Part shown: piece by piece, positions 9,046-19,304 of the stretch
How positions within the stretch are numbered: the stretch's first letter is position 1
Layout of the letters: the number at the start of each line of letters is the position of its first letter
From: Candidatus Saccharimonadia bacterium
GTDB taxonomy: Bacteria > Patescibacteriota > SICC01
Reading direction: 5' to 3'
Assembly (NCBI GenBank): GCA_025449535.1
Contig: JANWJF010000001.1
Coordinates: 421,136 to 485,135, forward strand
DNA length: 64,000 nucleotides
Program-made: the position numbers and the translations under genes
The notes under the pieces: generated by a model
Told to the model about the DNA's origin: nothing
Databases searched by the model: none
What the model saw: the letters and a program-made list of their open reading frames with translations, nothing else

Positions 9046-10197
9046 TTACCGGCTTTTCCGTGCGACCTTCGCAAGCAGCCGGTCGAAGTCCTCGGCGGCG
9101 GCGTCCCAACGCCAGTTCCGTTCCACGTCGCGGCGGCCGGCTTCGGCCAGACGCTTCGCGAGCTTGAGGTCGCCCAGCACGCGGCCGATCGCATCGGCGA
9201 ACCGTCGCGCGTCCCGCGGGACCTGGAGTCCGTTCTTGCCATTGCGGACGGTCTCGGCCAACCCCGCTTCGTCCACTGCCACGACCGGGGTGCCGGAAGC
9301 CATCGCCTCCAGCGTGATCAGCCCGAACGGCTCGCGGACCTGGGCGGCCGCGAACACGGACGCCTCGCGGTAGGCCTTTTTGAGTTCCGCGTCGGAGACG
9401 CCCTTCCGGATCTGCAGCCGGACGCCACCTTCCCGTGCCAACCGTGCCAACTCCGGACCGTAGTCGCCGCGGTCGCCGATGACGACGAGCCGCGGTCGTG
9501 CGGACCGCTCCAACAGTCCCAATGCCTCGATCACGAACTGGTGCCCCTTCAGCGGATGTAGCGCCCCGACGGACAGGACGAACGGTTCCCGCGCCGTGCG
9601 ACCGGGCCGGAACGCTTTCGTATCCACCCCGTGCCGGACCACGTCGCTCGCCACGCCGTAGACCTTCCGGACGTTCCGTCTCGTGTACTTGGAGTTCACC
9701 GCCACGGCCGTAGCCTTGCGGACGGCCCGCCGGTCGAACCGGACCCGCCGACGGTCGTAGGCCGCCCGGACCGCGCGCTTGGCCGCCGTCTTCGGGTTGG
9801 CCGTGAACGGCTCGCGTTCCTTCTCGTAGACGCCGCGCAGCGGCTCGGGACAGAAGTACAGCGACGGTGTCCGGAGGTACGGCAGCACCTCCGGCGCCTG
9901 GGTCAGGAAGCTGGCCGTCGCCAGGACGGCGTCGAATCCTCCGGCGTCAATCCGCCGGGCCGCCTCACGGCCGAAGCGGGGCACGGCCCGGAGCTTTCGG
10001 TAGTCGGCCAGGAGGCCGGTCCCGCCGGGCACTTCTATCCATTGCGTCGGCACGAAACCGCCGATCCCGAAGAAATCGCTGGCGGACGTCGGCGCGAACA
10101 GTTCGAACTCATGTTCGCGGCGCCGGGCCCGGACGTACTCGGAGAGCACCCGGAGCGCCCCGCCGGAGGGAAGGTTGTGATACAGGGCGACCTTCAC
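9046..10197 (-). CDS. glycosyltransferase family 1
   Basis: EPFGLITLEAMASGTPVV motif. Probable GTG start (VKVALYH) forming a GTGA overlap with the upstream GT2. The longest ORF extends to 10308. Confidence 0.7.
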   Translation of the reverse strand: MKVALYHNLPSGGALRVLSEYVRARRREHEFELFAPTSASDFFGIGGFVPTQWIEVPGGTGLLADYRKLRAVPRFGREAARRIDAGGFDAVLATASFLTQAPEVLPYLRTPSLYFCPEPLRGVYEKEREPFTANPKTAAKRAVRAAYDRRRVRFDRRAVRKATAVAVNSKYTRRNVRKVYGVASDVVRHGVDTKAFRPGRTAREPFVLSVGALHPLKGHQFVIEALGLLERSARPRLVVIGDRGDYGPELARLAREGGVRLQIRKGVSDAELKKAYREASVFAAAQVREPFGLITLEAMASGTPVVAVDEAGLAETVRNGKNGLQVPRDARRFADAIGRVLGDLKLAKRLAEAGRRDVERNWRWDAAAEDFDRLLAKVARKSR

Positions 10198-11162
10198 CGG
10201 AGCCCCCAGTGCCAGCGCAGCGCGCCCCACAGCATCGGCAGCTGGTTTACGGCCATCCGATAAAACGGCTTTCCGGTCAGCAGGCTGAGCAACGCCAGCG
10301 GGATCCATGCCAGCAGCACGAACGCGAGCGTGACCGGCAGCAATACCAGTGCCAACAGCCGGGCCACGGCCACGTACCCGTCACCGTGGTGCTTCTGGAA
10401 GAACTTGTAGAGGCTCGGGTAAAAGAGGTTGAAGCGCTTTGCCAACGAGCCGCCCGAGTCGATGGCGGCGCCCCAGTGATGCAACACGCGAACGCCGGGC
10501 TGGTAGAGCAGGTCATAGCCTGCTTCCCGCACCCGGCGGCTGAAATCCGTCTCCTCCAGGAAGATGAAGAATCGCTCGTCCAGCGTCCCGACTTCCTTCA
10601 ACAGGTCCCGCCGGAACACCTCGCAGGCGCCGAGCAGGTCGCCCACCGCCCGACGTTTCCGGAGCTCCGCTCGGGTCAGGAGTTGCTTGCCTGGGTACCG
10701 GATCGTGGGGAACAGCCGGTACAGCACGCGGTTGAGCAGCGTGTACTCGAGGAACAAGGTCAGCAAGCCCGGATCCCGCCAGGAGGCCGATTGCTGCACC
10801 TCGCCGTCGGCGTTCCGCAGCTGCGGTCCCACGACGCCGACCTTCGGGTCCTGCTCGAGTTCCTTCGCCAGCTTGGAAAGGCCACCCTTCGGCACTTCGG
10901 TGTCGCTGTTCAACATCACGACCACGTCGCCCTTGGCCACTTTGAAGCCCTGGTTATTGGCGGCCGCGAATCCTTTGTTCTTCTTGTTCGCGATCAGCCG
11001 GACCTTGGGGAACTCCTTGCGAACCATCGCCACGCTGCCGTCCTTGGAGGCGTTGTCGATCACGATCACCTCGGCCTTCGGTTCGGCCGTGCGAAGCGAG
11101 ACCAGGCACTCCCGGAGCAGTTCCTTGGTATTGAAGTTGACGATGACGACGGAGAGCCTCAT
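10194..11162 (-). CDS. glycosyltransferase family 2
   Basis: LSVVIVNFN...VIVIDNASKDGS GT-A signature. Confidence 0.8.
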   Translation of the reverse strand: MRLSVVIVNFNTKELLRECLVSLRTAEPKAEVIVIDNASKDGSVAMVRKEFPKVRLIANKKNKGFAAANNQGFKVAKGDVVVMLNSDTEVPKGGLSKLAKELEQDPKVGVVGPQLRNADGEVQQSASWRDPGLLTLFLEYTLLNRVLYRLFPTIRYPGKQLLTRAELRKRRAVGDLLGACEVFRRDLLKEVGTLDERFFIFLEETDFSRRVREAGYDLLYQPGVRVLHHWGAAIDSGGSLAKRFNLFYPSLYKFFQKHHGDGYVAVARLLALVLLPVTLAFVLLAWIPLALLSLLTGKPFYRMAVNQLPMLWGALRWHWGLR

Positions 11163-11890
11163 GAGAAATGCTCCTTCAGTTCGGCGACGCGGTTGCCCGC
11201 GGCCAGCAGCTCGTCGGCCGAGGTCCCGGCATCGATCCAGTACCCGTCCATCACTTCCACGATCATCGTCCCTTCCTTCACGTAGAAGCTGTTGAGGTCC
11301 GTCACCTCCAGTTCGCCGCGCCCGGACGGCTTCTGACGCTTCACGAAGTCGAAGACGCGGTCGTCATAGAAGTAGACGCCGGTCTGGGCCAGGTTCCCCT
11401 TGGGCCGCTTCGGCTTCTCGACGATGGAGACGACCCGATCCCCATTCAGCTCGATCACGCCGTAGTGCTCGGGATGCTCGACCTCCTTGCCGAAGATCAT
11501 CGCGCCTTTCTTCCGTTTCTCGAACGCTTTGACGGCACGCGACAGGTCATGCGTGAAGATGTTGTCGCCCAACAGTACCAGCAGCTTGTCGGCACCCGCG
11601 AAGGACTCGGCCAGGCCGATCGCCTGCGCGATGCCGCCCACGGAGTCGTCCTGGATCTCGTACGAGAGCTTGAGGCCGAAGTCGGCGCCGCTCCGGAGCA
11701 GGTTGATGAAATCCCCGGCGTGTTCCGGGTTGGTCGTGATCAGGACCTCTTCCACACCCGCGCGAGCCATGGCTTCCAGCGAGTAAAAGATCATCGGCTT
11801 CTTGTAGACCGGAAGCAGATGCTTGTTGGTGACGTGGGTGAGCGGACGCAACCGGGTCGCCCGTCCGCCAGCGAGTATCAGGCCTTTCAC
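11159..11890 (-). CDS. sugar-phosphate nucleotidyltransferase (RmlA-like, short form)
   Basis: MKGLILAGGRATRLRPLT...LGDNIF. Confidence 0.75.
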   Translation of the reverse strand: MKGLILAGGRATRLRPLTHVTNKHLLPVYKKPMIFYSLEAMARAGVEEVLITTNPEHAGDFINLLRSGADFGLKLSYEIQDDSVGGIAQAIGLAESFAGADKLLVLLGDNIFTHDLSRAVKAFEKRKKGAMIFGKEVEHPEHYGVIELNGDRVVSIVEKPKRPKGNLAQTGVYFYDDRVFDFVKRQKPSGRGELEVTDLNSFYVKEGTMIVEVMDGYWIDAGTSADELLAAGNRVAELKEHFS

Positions 11891-11933
11891 GGCTTAAATC
11901 GTAGCATGCAGGTTATTTGAGTAGACTGTACGC

Positions 11934-12878
11934 ATGAAGCTCGTCATCCAGATCCCCTGTTTCAACGAAGAGAAGACCTTGCCTCTCGTACTTAAGAGCA
12001 TCCCCAAGCGGATTCCCGGGATCACGGAGGTCGTCGTGCTGGTCGTCGACGACGGTTCGACAGACCGGACGGTGGATATAGCGAAGCGGCACGGCGTGAA
12101 GCACTTCGTCCACCACCGCCGGAACATGGGACTGGCTCGTTCGTTTCAGGATGGCATTAACGAAGCCTTACGACAGGGAGCCGATGTCGTCGTCAGCACC
12201 GACGGCGACAACCAGTATCCGCAGGACAGGATTCCGGACCTGATCAAACCGATCCTCGAAGGGAAGGCCGACATCGTGGTCGGCGACCGACAGACGAGGA
12301 CGATCAAGCACTTCTCCTTCACGAAGAAACTGCTCCAGCGGTTCGGCAGCTGGGTGGTCAACCGGGCCGCCGGCACGGATCTGCCGGACGCGGCCAGCGG
12401 TTTCCGAGCCTACTCCCGCGAATCGCTCTTTCGGCTGAATGTCGTCACCCGGTTCAGCTACTGCATGGAGACCATCATCCAGGCGGGAAACAAACGACTG
12501 GCCATCGCCAGCGTGCCGATCAAGACGAACGAGAAACTTCGGGAGTCCCGCCTGTTCAAGTCCACGCCGCATCATGTATTGCGCTCCGCGATGGCGATCA
12601 TCCGCAGCTACCTGATGTACAAGCCGTACGCGTTGTTCATCACGTTGGGTCTCGCGTTGCTGGCGCTCGGGCTGATCCCGTTCGGACGATACCTCTGGTT
12701 CCTGTACACCGATCCCTCCCCCGGCAGCCACCTCCAGTCCCTGATTCTCGGCGCGGTACTCCTGATCGGATCGTTCCTCAGCGTCATCGTTGGCGTGATC
12801 TCCGACCTGGTCCGGACCACCCGGATCCTGCAGGAAGACGAACTCGAACGGACCAAGCGGATCCAGTTCGACCGTTGA
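11934..12878 (+). CDS. polyprenol-phosphate glycosyltransferase (GT2; GtrB/ArnC/DPM1-like) with C-terminal TM helices
   Basis: QIPCFNEE...VVDDGSTDRT GT2 signature plus two C-terminal TM segments. Confidence 0.8.
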   Translation: MKLVIQIPCFNEEKTLPLVLKSIPKRIPGITEVVVLVVDDGSTDRTVDIAKRHGVKHFVHHRRNMGLARSFQDGINEALRQGADVVVSTDGDNQYPQDRIPDLIKPILEGKADIVVGDRQTRTIKHFSFTKKLLQRFGSWVVNRAAGTDLPDAASGFRAYSRESLFRLNVVTRFSYCMETIIQAGNKRLAIASVPIKTNEKLRESRLFKSTPHHVLRSAMAIIRSYLMYKPYALFITLGLALLALGLIPFGRYLWFLYTDPSPGSHLQSLILGAVLLIGSFLSVIVGVISDLVRTTRILQEDELERTKRIQFDR

Positions 12879-13706
12879 TCAACGCTTCTTGCTGAGCGAA
12901 ACGGCCGCGATCGCCGCCGCTCCGGCGACCGCGTCCACCGCTACTGTCACCAGGCGCCAAAGTACGACCGCCGGTGTGGCAATGCCGTTTGCCGCGAAAA
13001 GCGCTTCGCGTACGCCGAGCCCGCCCGGCGCGAAGACCGCCAGGATGCTGATCGCGAAGGCGAGTGAGTTCAGAGCGACGGCTTCCGACACGGCGACCTC
13101 GGCTTGGACCGCGACGAGGGAGGCCCAGAAGGCCAAGCCGGCGACTGTCCACCCCGTGGCGCTCAAGGCCAGCAGACCGGCCTCCCGATGGGTCGAAAGC
13201 GCGGCCAGCTTAGGAATCCGGACCGTCTTCCGCAGGACCAAGGCTGCTGCTCCGGCTGCCGCCAGGACGAACAAAAGCGTGATTCCAAGCGGACGGCTGT
13301 GATTGAACAGGAAGATGATGCCACCCAAGGCCAGGGCGCTGATGATGAGGTTGGTGTATTCGATGATCTGCGCCTTGCTGCTCGCCTTGACCGGCATTCC
13401 CATGTCATGCGCGTACTTGGCTCGGAAGGAGAATGTGAACAGGCTGGAAGGCAGATATTTGTATGGCTGGGCCGCGAAAAAACTGAACCAGGTTCTGGAA
13501 GGCGTCGATGGGTCTACGGTTCGACAAACCAGTTGGGAATGCCACGCCTGCAGTCCGTAACAAGCTAGGTACAGGAACCCTGAAAGCACGAGCCAGCCTT
13601 CCCGGCCGCGCAAGTCGTCCGCCCGGAAGTCGGAGAGGAGTGTCCCCGCGTAAACCGCGACGTAGTAAATGACAACCGCAAGGACCACGACCTGCGTGAT
13701 CAGCAA
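12879..13706 (-). CDS. flippase-like domain membrane protein (LPG_synthase_TM / UPF0104-like)
   Basis: Polytopic. APGGLGVREALF motif. Confidence 0.5.
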   Translation of the reverse strand: MLITQVVVLAVVIYYVAVYAGTLLSDFRADDLRGREGWLVLSGFLYLACYGLQAWHSQLVCRTVDPSTPSRTWFSFFAAQPYKYLPSSLFTFSFRAKYAHDMGMPVKASSKAQIIEYTNLIISALALGGIIFLFNHSRPLGITLLFVLAAAGAAALVLRKTVRIPKLAALSTHREAGLLALSATGWTVAGLAFWASLVAVQAEVAVSEAVALNSLAFAISILAVFAPGGLGVREALFAANGIATPAVVLWRLVTVAVDAVAGAAAIAAVSLSKKR

Positions 13707-13806
13707 GCCGGTTCGTAAGGCTTTCTTTGAAGAAGTTTTCAGTTGCCTAGTTAGTTATTCGTGGTCCTGATAAGTATACTTTAGGAAGTTCTAACCAAGG
13801 TTCGCT

Positions 13807-14391
13807 TTGACTCATTCGCAATCCGGCGCGCAGGAAACACAAGGCATGCTGTCGCCGTTCCTGGCACGGCAGCGTTACAAGCACGCCGCCCGGTTCGTGG
13901 CGGGTAATGACATGGTCCTCGACATCGGCTGTGGGTCGGGAGCTTTTCGAAAGTATCTGCCCAAGAACGCCACGTACTTCGGAGCGGATACCGTGCGACA
14001 TTGGGACGAAGCGGATCCTCACTTCTTCGTGACGAAGGTCGGTCAGCCGCTGCCTGGCCAACTCCGCAAACAGCGCGTCTCCGCCGTCACGGCCCTGGCC
14101 CTGATCGAGCACTTGAGCGAACCCGGACAGTTGTTCCGGGATGCGGGGCGGGTCCTGCCCGAAGGCGGCCGTCTGATCCTGACGACGCCCCACCCGCTGG
14201 GACGCAAGGTCCACGACTTCGGCGGGAAGCTGGGGATCTTCAGCAGCGACGCCAGCGAGGAGCACGAAGAGTTCCTCGACAAGCGGATGATGAAGAGACT
14301 GGCGGAACGGGAAGGATTCGAGCTCGTTCGCTACAGGCGCTTCCTGTTCTGGATGAACCAGGTCGCGGTGTTCGAGAAAACCGCCTCGTAG
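13807..14391 (+). CDS. class I SAM-dependent methyltransferase
   Basis: VLDIGCGSGAF motif. Confidence 0.65.
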   Translation: MTHSQSGAQETQGMLSPFLARQRYKHAARFVAGNDMVLDIGCGSGAFRKYLPKNATYFGADTVRHWDEADPHFFVTKVGQPLPGQLRKQRVSAVTALALIEHLSEPGQLFRDAGRVLPEGGRLILTTPHPLGRKVHDFGGKLGIFSSDASEEHEEFLDKRMMKRLAEREGFELVRYRRFLFWMNQVAVFEKTAS

Positions 14392-14392
14392 G

Positions 14393-15475
14393 TTACCGCT
14401 TCAAGACGAACCGGTACGCATCTTGCGTCGCTTTCGCCGCGGACTCCCACGTATACCGCTTCATGCGGCTGCGGAGGGCCCGGCGACGGGAAGCCGGCAT
14501 GGCGACTGCCCGGAGGATCGCCTCGCGAATGCTTCGTACGCTTTCCGGGCGACAGATCTCCGCCAACTCGAAGTATTCCTCGTGGGGACTTTGCGCCGTC
14601 TGGACGATCGGACAGCCCGTCGCAGCGGCCTGCAGGCTCACCTGACCGGTCGTCTCGTACCAGCTGCAGAGGACATGCGCGGAAGCGGCCGCATAGGCGT
14701 CACGCAGCTCCTCCGTGGAAAGGTTCCCGACGTGCTTGAGCGGCACGCCAAGCCGCTTCGCCTCGTCGACGCAGTCCTGCCAGTAGTCCTTCCCGTACCC
14801 GGTGATCGGGCCGGCCACGACCAACGTCAGGCCGGTGCCCGCCATCGCCCGCACCAGGCCATCCTGGTTCTTGAGGACTTCGGTGCGTGCCGCGTTGAGA
14901 ACGAACGTATCGAGTCCGTGCTTCTTCTTGAACCGTTCCGGGCGGGCCTTGGCGAAGTAGACCGTGGGGATGCCGTTCGGCGTGACACGGATCGGGGCGC
15001 CTGTCCGGAACCGGCGCCGGATGTACCGTGCTTCTTTCAAGGAGGTCGGCACCAGAAGCGCCGCGCCGCCAAGTAGTTCGTGCGTTCGTCGCCAAGCCGA
15101 ATTGCTTTTGACTCGCTGGTCCGTCCAGCGCGAGAACGCCATAAGGGCAATCCGGGCGCCGGTCACCCTGGCAAGCAGCCGCCAAGCGGGATTCGCCTTG
15201 TGCAGCATGCCGTAGAAGTCTGTGTTGATCGCTATCGGCGAGACGACGTATGGTACGCCCGCTTTCCGGGCGCGGGCCGCCTGCTTGTAGGTGGTCACTT
15301 CGTCGAAGTCCCAGAAGTGGATCAGGTCCACGCCGCGCAGGGGCGGTTCGGCCGCGTCCGTGACCGTCACGGTGACACCGTTCTTGCGCAGCTGCGCGGC
15401 GATCTCCCGCATCCGGACGGAACCGCCGCCGACGCGGAGCTCCTTCTTCGGCATCAATTGGAAGAGGACCTTCAT
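14393..15475 (-). CDS. glycosyltransferase family 1
   Basis: GT-B architecture. Start at MKVLFQ, preceded by a GGAGGGAGG SD. Confidence 0.7.
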   Translation of the reverse strand: MKVLFQLMPKKELRVGGGSVRMREIAAQLRKNGVTVTVTDAAEPPLRGVDLIHFWDFDEVTTYKQAARARKAGVPYVVSPIAINTDFYGMLHKANPAWRLLARVTGARIALMAFSRWTDQRVKSNSAWRRTHELLGGAALLVPTSLKEARYIRRRFRTGAPIRVTPNGIPTVYFAKARPERFKKKHGLDTFVLNAARTEVLKNQDGLVRAMAGTGLTLVVAGPITGYGKDYWQDCVDEAKRLGVPLKHVGNLSTEELRDAYAAASAHVLCSWYETTGQVSLQAAATGCPIVQTAQSPHEEYFELAEICRPESVRSIREAILRAVAMPASRRRALRSRMKRYTWESAAKATQDAYRFVLKR

Positions 15476-15551
15476 CCCGCCTTGCCTCCCTCCGGCCATC
15501 GGCCGGAAGACCGCGGAGCGGTCAGGGCGTCGTCCTGGCGGCGAGGCGGGA

Positions 15552-16970
15552 TCATCGCGAGGGCTTCAGTTCCCTGAGGATGTCCTTGGTCACCACCCGG
15601 AACGCGACCAGCAGCAAGCCATAGATGGCCGCGCCTACCGGGACCGCCAGCCAGATCGTGTCATGGAACGGCCAGATCGCCCCCGCCATGATCGCGGCGG
15701 CCAGGAATATCCGCGGCACCGTGCGCAGCGAGACCCGGACGCTGAGGCTGCGCCGAGCCAGGACATAGTAGGCGGTGAAGACCACCACCTCGGAGGCGAC
15801 CGTAGCGACGGCCGAGCCGTTGATGCCGTACTTCGGGATCAGGAGCAGGTTAAGGATGACGTTCAGCACCAGGCCGACGCCGGCCACCCGCAGGACCATG
15901 CTCTGGTGGCCCATCGCCACGAAGAGCGTGCTGAAAGTGAAGATCGCAAAGGACAGCAGGATCGCCACCAGGATGATCTGGAGGGCGTCCGCGCCGGAGA
16001 CGAACTCGCTGCCGCCGATGACCTGCATGATCTGCGGCGCCAGGACGATACCGCCGGCCGCCACGCCCGCGCCGCCGGCCACCAACGCGTCAAAGACTTT
16101 CTGGACCATCGCTTCGGCGTTGGCGGTCCCCGACTTGAGCCGCCGGACCAGCACTGGAAAGACAGAGTTGTTGAAAAAGCCGGGCAGTGCCATCACCAAC
16201 TCGTACACCTTGAAGATCACGCCGTAGACGCCGACTTCCGCGGTGCTCCGCATCAGCGAGAGCAAGAAGATGTCCACCCGCAGATACAGATGGAGGATCA
16301 CCAGGGCGGCGCCGTACGGCACGGATTCCTTGAGAAGCTTCTTCCAGAGCGTCGTGTCGGTGGCCAGACGCAGGGAGACGAACTCCCGCACCAGCAGCGT
16401 GGAGACCAGGAAGGTCACGAACGATCCGAGCGCCGCGGTCGCGACCACGGCATAGAATCCCCAGTCGAGCGCGATCACGCCGATCACCGCACCGAGCGCG
16501 ACGACTCTCCCGACCAGATCGGCGATCACCGACCGGCCCATGATCAGCTTCGTCTGGAACAGCGAGATCAGGGCGGAGTTGAGCAATCCGAAGAACTGCG
16601 CGCCCGCGGCGATGCCGATCGCCACCTTCACGTCCGGCTCGTACGGCAGCAGCCAGCCGATGCCAACCGCCAGGCTGAAGACGACCGTCGCCAATAGCGC
16701 CCGCAGGACCAGCGTGTTCGAGACGATCTCCTGCATCCGCCGTGGATTCCGGCTCATCTCGCGAACGGCGATCGTGAACAGGCCCATGTCCGCGGCGATG
16801 CCGAAGAACGAAAGATAGACCAGCGCCAGGGTGAACTTTCCGTAGCCGTCCGCGCCGAGGTAGCGGGTGAGGATCGCCACCGAGACGAGCCCGATGAACA
16901 TCACGACGAGTTTGCCGGCGGCCTGGACGGCGGTATTGTAGGCGATCTTCTTGGTGGCGGACGCGGCCAT
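15552..16970 (-). CDS. oligosaccharide flippase (Wzx/MOP superfamily polysaccharide biosynthesis protein)
   Basis: About 12-14 TM helices, typical Wzx N-terminus. Confidence 0.75.
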   Translation of the reverse strand: MAASATKKIAYNTAVQAAGKLVVMFIGLVSVAILTRYLGADGYGKFTLALVYLSFFGIAADMGLFTIAVREMSRNPRRMQEIVSNTLVLRALLATVVFSLAVGIGWLLPYEPDVKVAIGIAAGAQFFGLLNSALISLFQTKLIMGRSVIADLVGRVVALGAVIGVIALDWGFYAVVATAALGSFVTFLVSTLLVREFVSLRLATDTTLWKKLLKESVPYGAALVILHLYLRVDIFLLSLMRSTAEVGVYGVIFKVYELVMALPGFFNNSVFPVLVRRLKSGTANAEAMVQKVFDALVAGGAGVAAGGIVLAPQIMQVIGGSEFVSGADALQIILVAILLSFAIFTFSTLFVAMGHQSMVLRVAGVGLVLNVILNLLLIPKYGINGSAVATVASEVVVFTAYYVLARRSLSVRVSLRTVPRIFLAAAIMAGAIWPFHDTIWLAVPVGAAIYGLLLVAFRVVTKDILRELKPSR

Positions 16971-17674
16971 CAGACCTCGAGGATGAAGAAGCGGTGGTAC
17001 GGATTCAGATGCGGGTGGAATTCCTTCTCGACGCGTTTGAAGTCCTTCCGCAGGAGCTTCCGGAACTTCCGTACGGAATACCCGCGCCGCCCAAGCTCCC
17101 AGTAGTGTTCATGGTTGCGCTCATGCACGTCGCCGGCCAGGAACTGCGGGATCCGGAGCGGCAGGCGGAGCGTCTTTCCGGGGCCGTAGGTCAGCGATAC
17201 GGCCCCGATGACCTCCACGGTCAACGACGAGTACGGGATGGAGATCACCACTCGCTTCTTCGCGATACGAGCCAGTTCCTTGAGCGCATTCGGCACGTCC
17301 GCGAACGGGATGTGCTCGAGGATCTCGCAAGCGACGACGACGTCGTGGCTGCCGGACTTGATCGCCGAAAGGTTCCGGATATCCGCGACGACGTCCGGCT
17401 TCAGGCGTTTGTCGAAGTCGCAGGTCGTGACCTTGTAGCCCGCCCGTTTCAGATAATCGGCGACCAGCCGGTTGCCGATGCCGATCTCCAGGACCGTCTT
17501 CGGATTCGCCTGGCGGACGAAGTCGATCTGGTAGAAGTACGAACTGAACCGCTGCAGCGTGTCGTACGCGGCACCGTAATGCTCTTTCGAGTCGACCTGG
17601 ACCTCGAATTCCTTTCCGGCCATGACCCCATCGTAGCAGTCGGCCGTCATATATACTGGGTCCGTTGCGAGCAA
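16970..17674 (-). CDS. class I SAM-dependent methyltransferase
   Basis: VLEIGIGNRLVADYL motif. Confidence 0.65.
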   Translation of the reverse strand: MLATDPVYMTADCYDGVMAGKEFEVQVDSKEHYGAAYDTLQRFSSYFYQIDFVRQANPKTVLEIGIGNRLVADYLKRAGYKVTTCDFDKRLKPDVVADIRNLSAIKSGSHDVVVACEILEHIPFADVPNALKELARIAKKRVVISIPYSSLTVEVIGAVSLTYGPGKTLRLPLRIPQFLAGDVHERNHEHYWELGRRGYSVRKFRKLLRKDFKRVEKEFHPHLNPYHRFFILEV

Positions 17675-17690
17675 CCGTACTACGAATCCA

Positions 17691-19304
17691 ATGATGAAAC
17701 CGAAGCTGGTCCTCTACTATGTCGCGGTCGCCGCGCTGCTGTTGATTGCGGCGTTCTCGTCACTGCGCTTGCTCAACCTGGACAGCGTCAATTACATCTC
17801 CATTGCGCAGCTGTACGCGGACGGCCACTGGAAGGAAGCGGTCAACGGGTACTGGTCTCCCTTGTTCAGCTGGTTACTGGTCCCGTTCGTAAAGCTCGGC
17901 ATAGACGGTCAGGTCGCCAGTCGGATCCTGATGATACTGTTCGCGCTGGGCAACCTGGCCCTCGGTCATCGGCTAGTCCGGAAATACGCCGCGGATAAAG
18001 GAACACGAGCGGCAACCATCATTTACCACCTGGCGATGGTGCCGCTTCTGATCGTCGCGGTACGAGGGGTGATCACGCCCGACCTGTTGACCGTGTTCTT
18101 CGTACTGTCGTTGTTGACCGTCTTGACCGGCGCTGCCCGGCGGAAAGACCGGTCCCGCCGCACGCTGGTCTTCATCGGCCTGCTCGCGGCAGCAGGCTAC
18201 TTCGCGAAGGCCTTCTTGCTGCCGTTCTTCGTGGTCATGGGTGCGGCGTGGTTCTTTGCGCTGGGAGAAGGCGGACTCACCGCCAGGTTCACCGATCGTT
18301 TGAAGCGATTCGGATTGGTCCTGGCCGCCTTTGCAATCACGATTCTCCCGTGGGTCGCCGCGCTCAGCCTGAAATACGAGCATGCCACGACCGGGAATTC
18401 CGGCGAGTACAGCCTGGCGTACATCGGACCGAACAACGTCGGCCATCCCGGCCGCAATGGCTTGCTCTCTCCTCCGCACGACTTTTCGCTGGGGCCCATG
18501 GAAGACCCTTCCACTCATCCGTACTTGCCCTGGAGTCCGCTACAGAGTCGTGAGGATTTCGAATACTACGTCGACTACCTCGTAAATCAGAACTTCGAGG
18601 CGGTCAACCGTGTCCTGACGACGCTGTCTCCGTATCTGCTCGGAGTGCTTTTGGTCCTGGTCGGCTTACTCGTAGCCGGGAAGGTCGACCGACGACAACG
18701 TGACTTCCTGACCTTAATCGCGCTTATGAGCCTGGTGTATTTGTCCGGCTACTATGCGCTGCACGTCGAAGGTGGCGGCCGGTATCTCTGGCCGGTGCTG
18801 GTGCTCTCAACCTTGGTGACTTCGATATACGCTGGGACCTGGTACGTGCGCTGCCAAGGCCGGCCTCGGAAGATCCTGGCGATCCTCCTGATAATCGCCC
18901 TGGTGTTTCCCGCTTACCGCAACCTATACGTCCACGACAAGGAGCGGGGCTACAGCGAGGAGTTATCCCTCTACCAGGCAGGTCAGTTCGTGAAAGAACG
19001 GGTGGAGCCGCGGTCCCGGTTCGCCAGCAACGTGCTTCGGGCCAGCACCCGTATTTCTTACTACGCCAACCAGCTTAGCTACGGCACCACGGGACAAGGT
19101 GTGACGCTGAAGGATCCCGGCACATTGAAGGCTTTGCGCGACTACGGAGTCGAATACTTCTTCTACGTCGACCATCCTCTCCTGGACAACGACGAGGAAG
19201 GTCTCTCAGGCTTCGAGGTCATCGGTACGACACACGTAAACTTCGCGGATCACCGCAGCAAGTTCCCCGGCGGGCCGCACAAGGCGTACCTGATCAAACT
19301 GTAA
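17691..19304 (+). CDS. GT-C fold membrane glycosyltransferase (ArnT/PMT/GT39-like)
   Basis: 537 aa. N-terminal polytopic region with C-terminal soluble domain. Confidence 0.5.
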   Translation: MMKPKLVLYYVAVAALLLIAAFSSLRLLNLDSVNYISIAQLYADGHWKEAVNGYWSPLFSWLLVPFVKLGIDGQVASRILMILFALGNLALGHRLVRKYAADKGTRAATIIYHLAMVPLLIVAVRGVITPDLLTVFFVLSLLTVLTGAARRKDRSRRTLVFIGLLAAAGYFAKAFLLPFFVVMGAAWFFALGEGGLTARFTDRLKRFGLVLAAFAITILPWVAALSLKYEHATTGNSGEYSLAYIGPNNVGHPGRNGLLSPPHDFSLGPMEDPSTHPYLPWSPLQSREDFEYYVDYLVNQNFEAVNRVLTTLSPYLLGVLLVLVGLLVAGKVDRRQRDFLTLIALMSLVYLSGYYALHVEGGGRYLWPVLVLSTLVTSIYAGTWYVRCQGRPRKILAILLIIALVFPAYRNLYVHDKERGYSEELSLYQAGQFVKERVEPRSRFASNVLRASTRISYYANQLSYGTTGQGVTLKDPGTLKALRDYGVEYFFYVDHPLLDNDEEGLSGFEVIGTTHVNFADHRSKFPGGPHKAYLIKL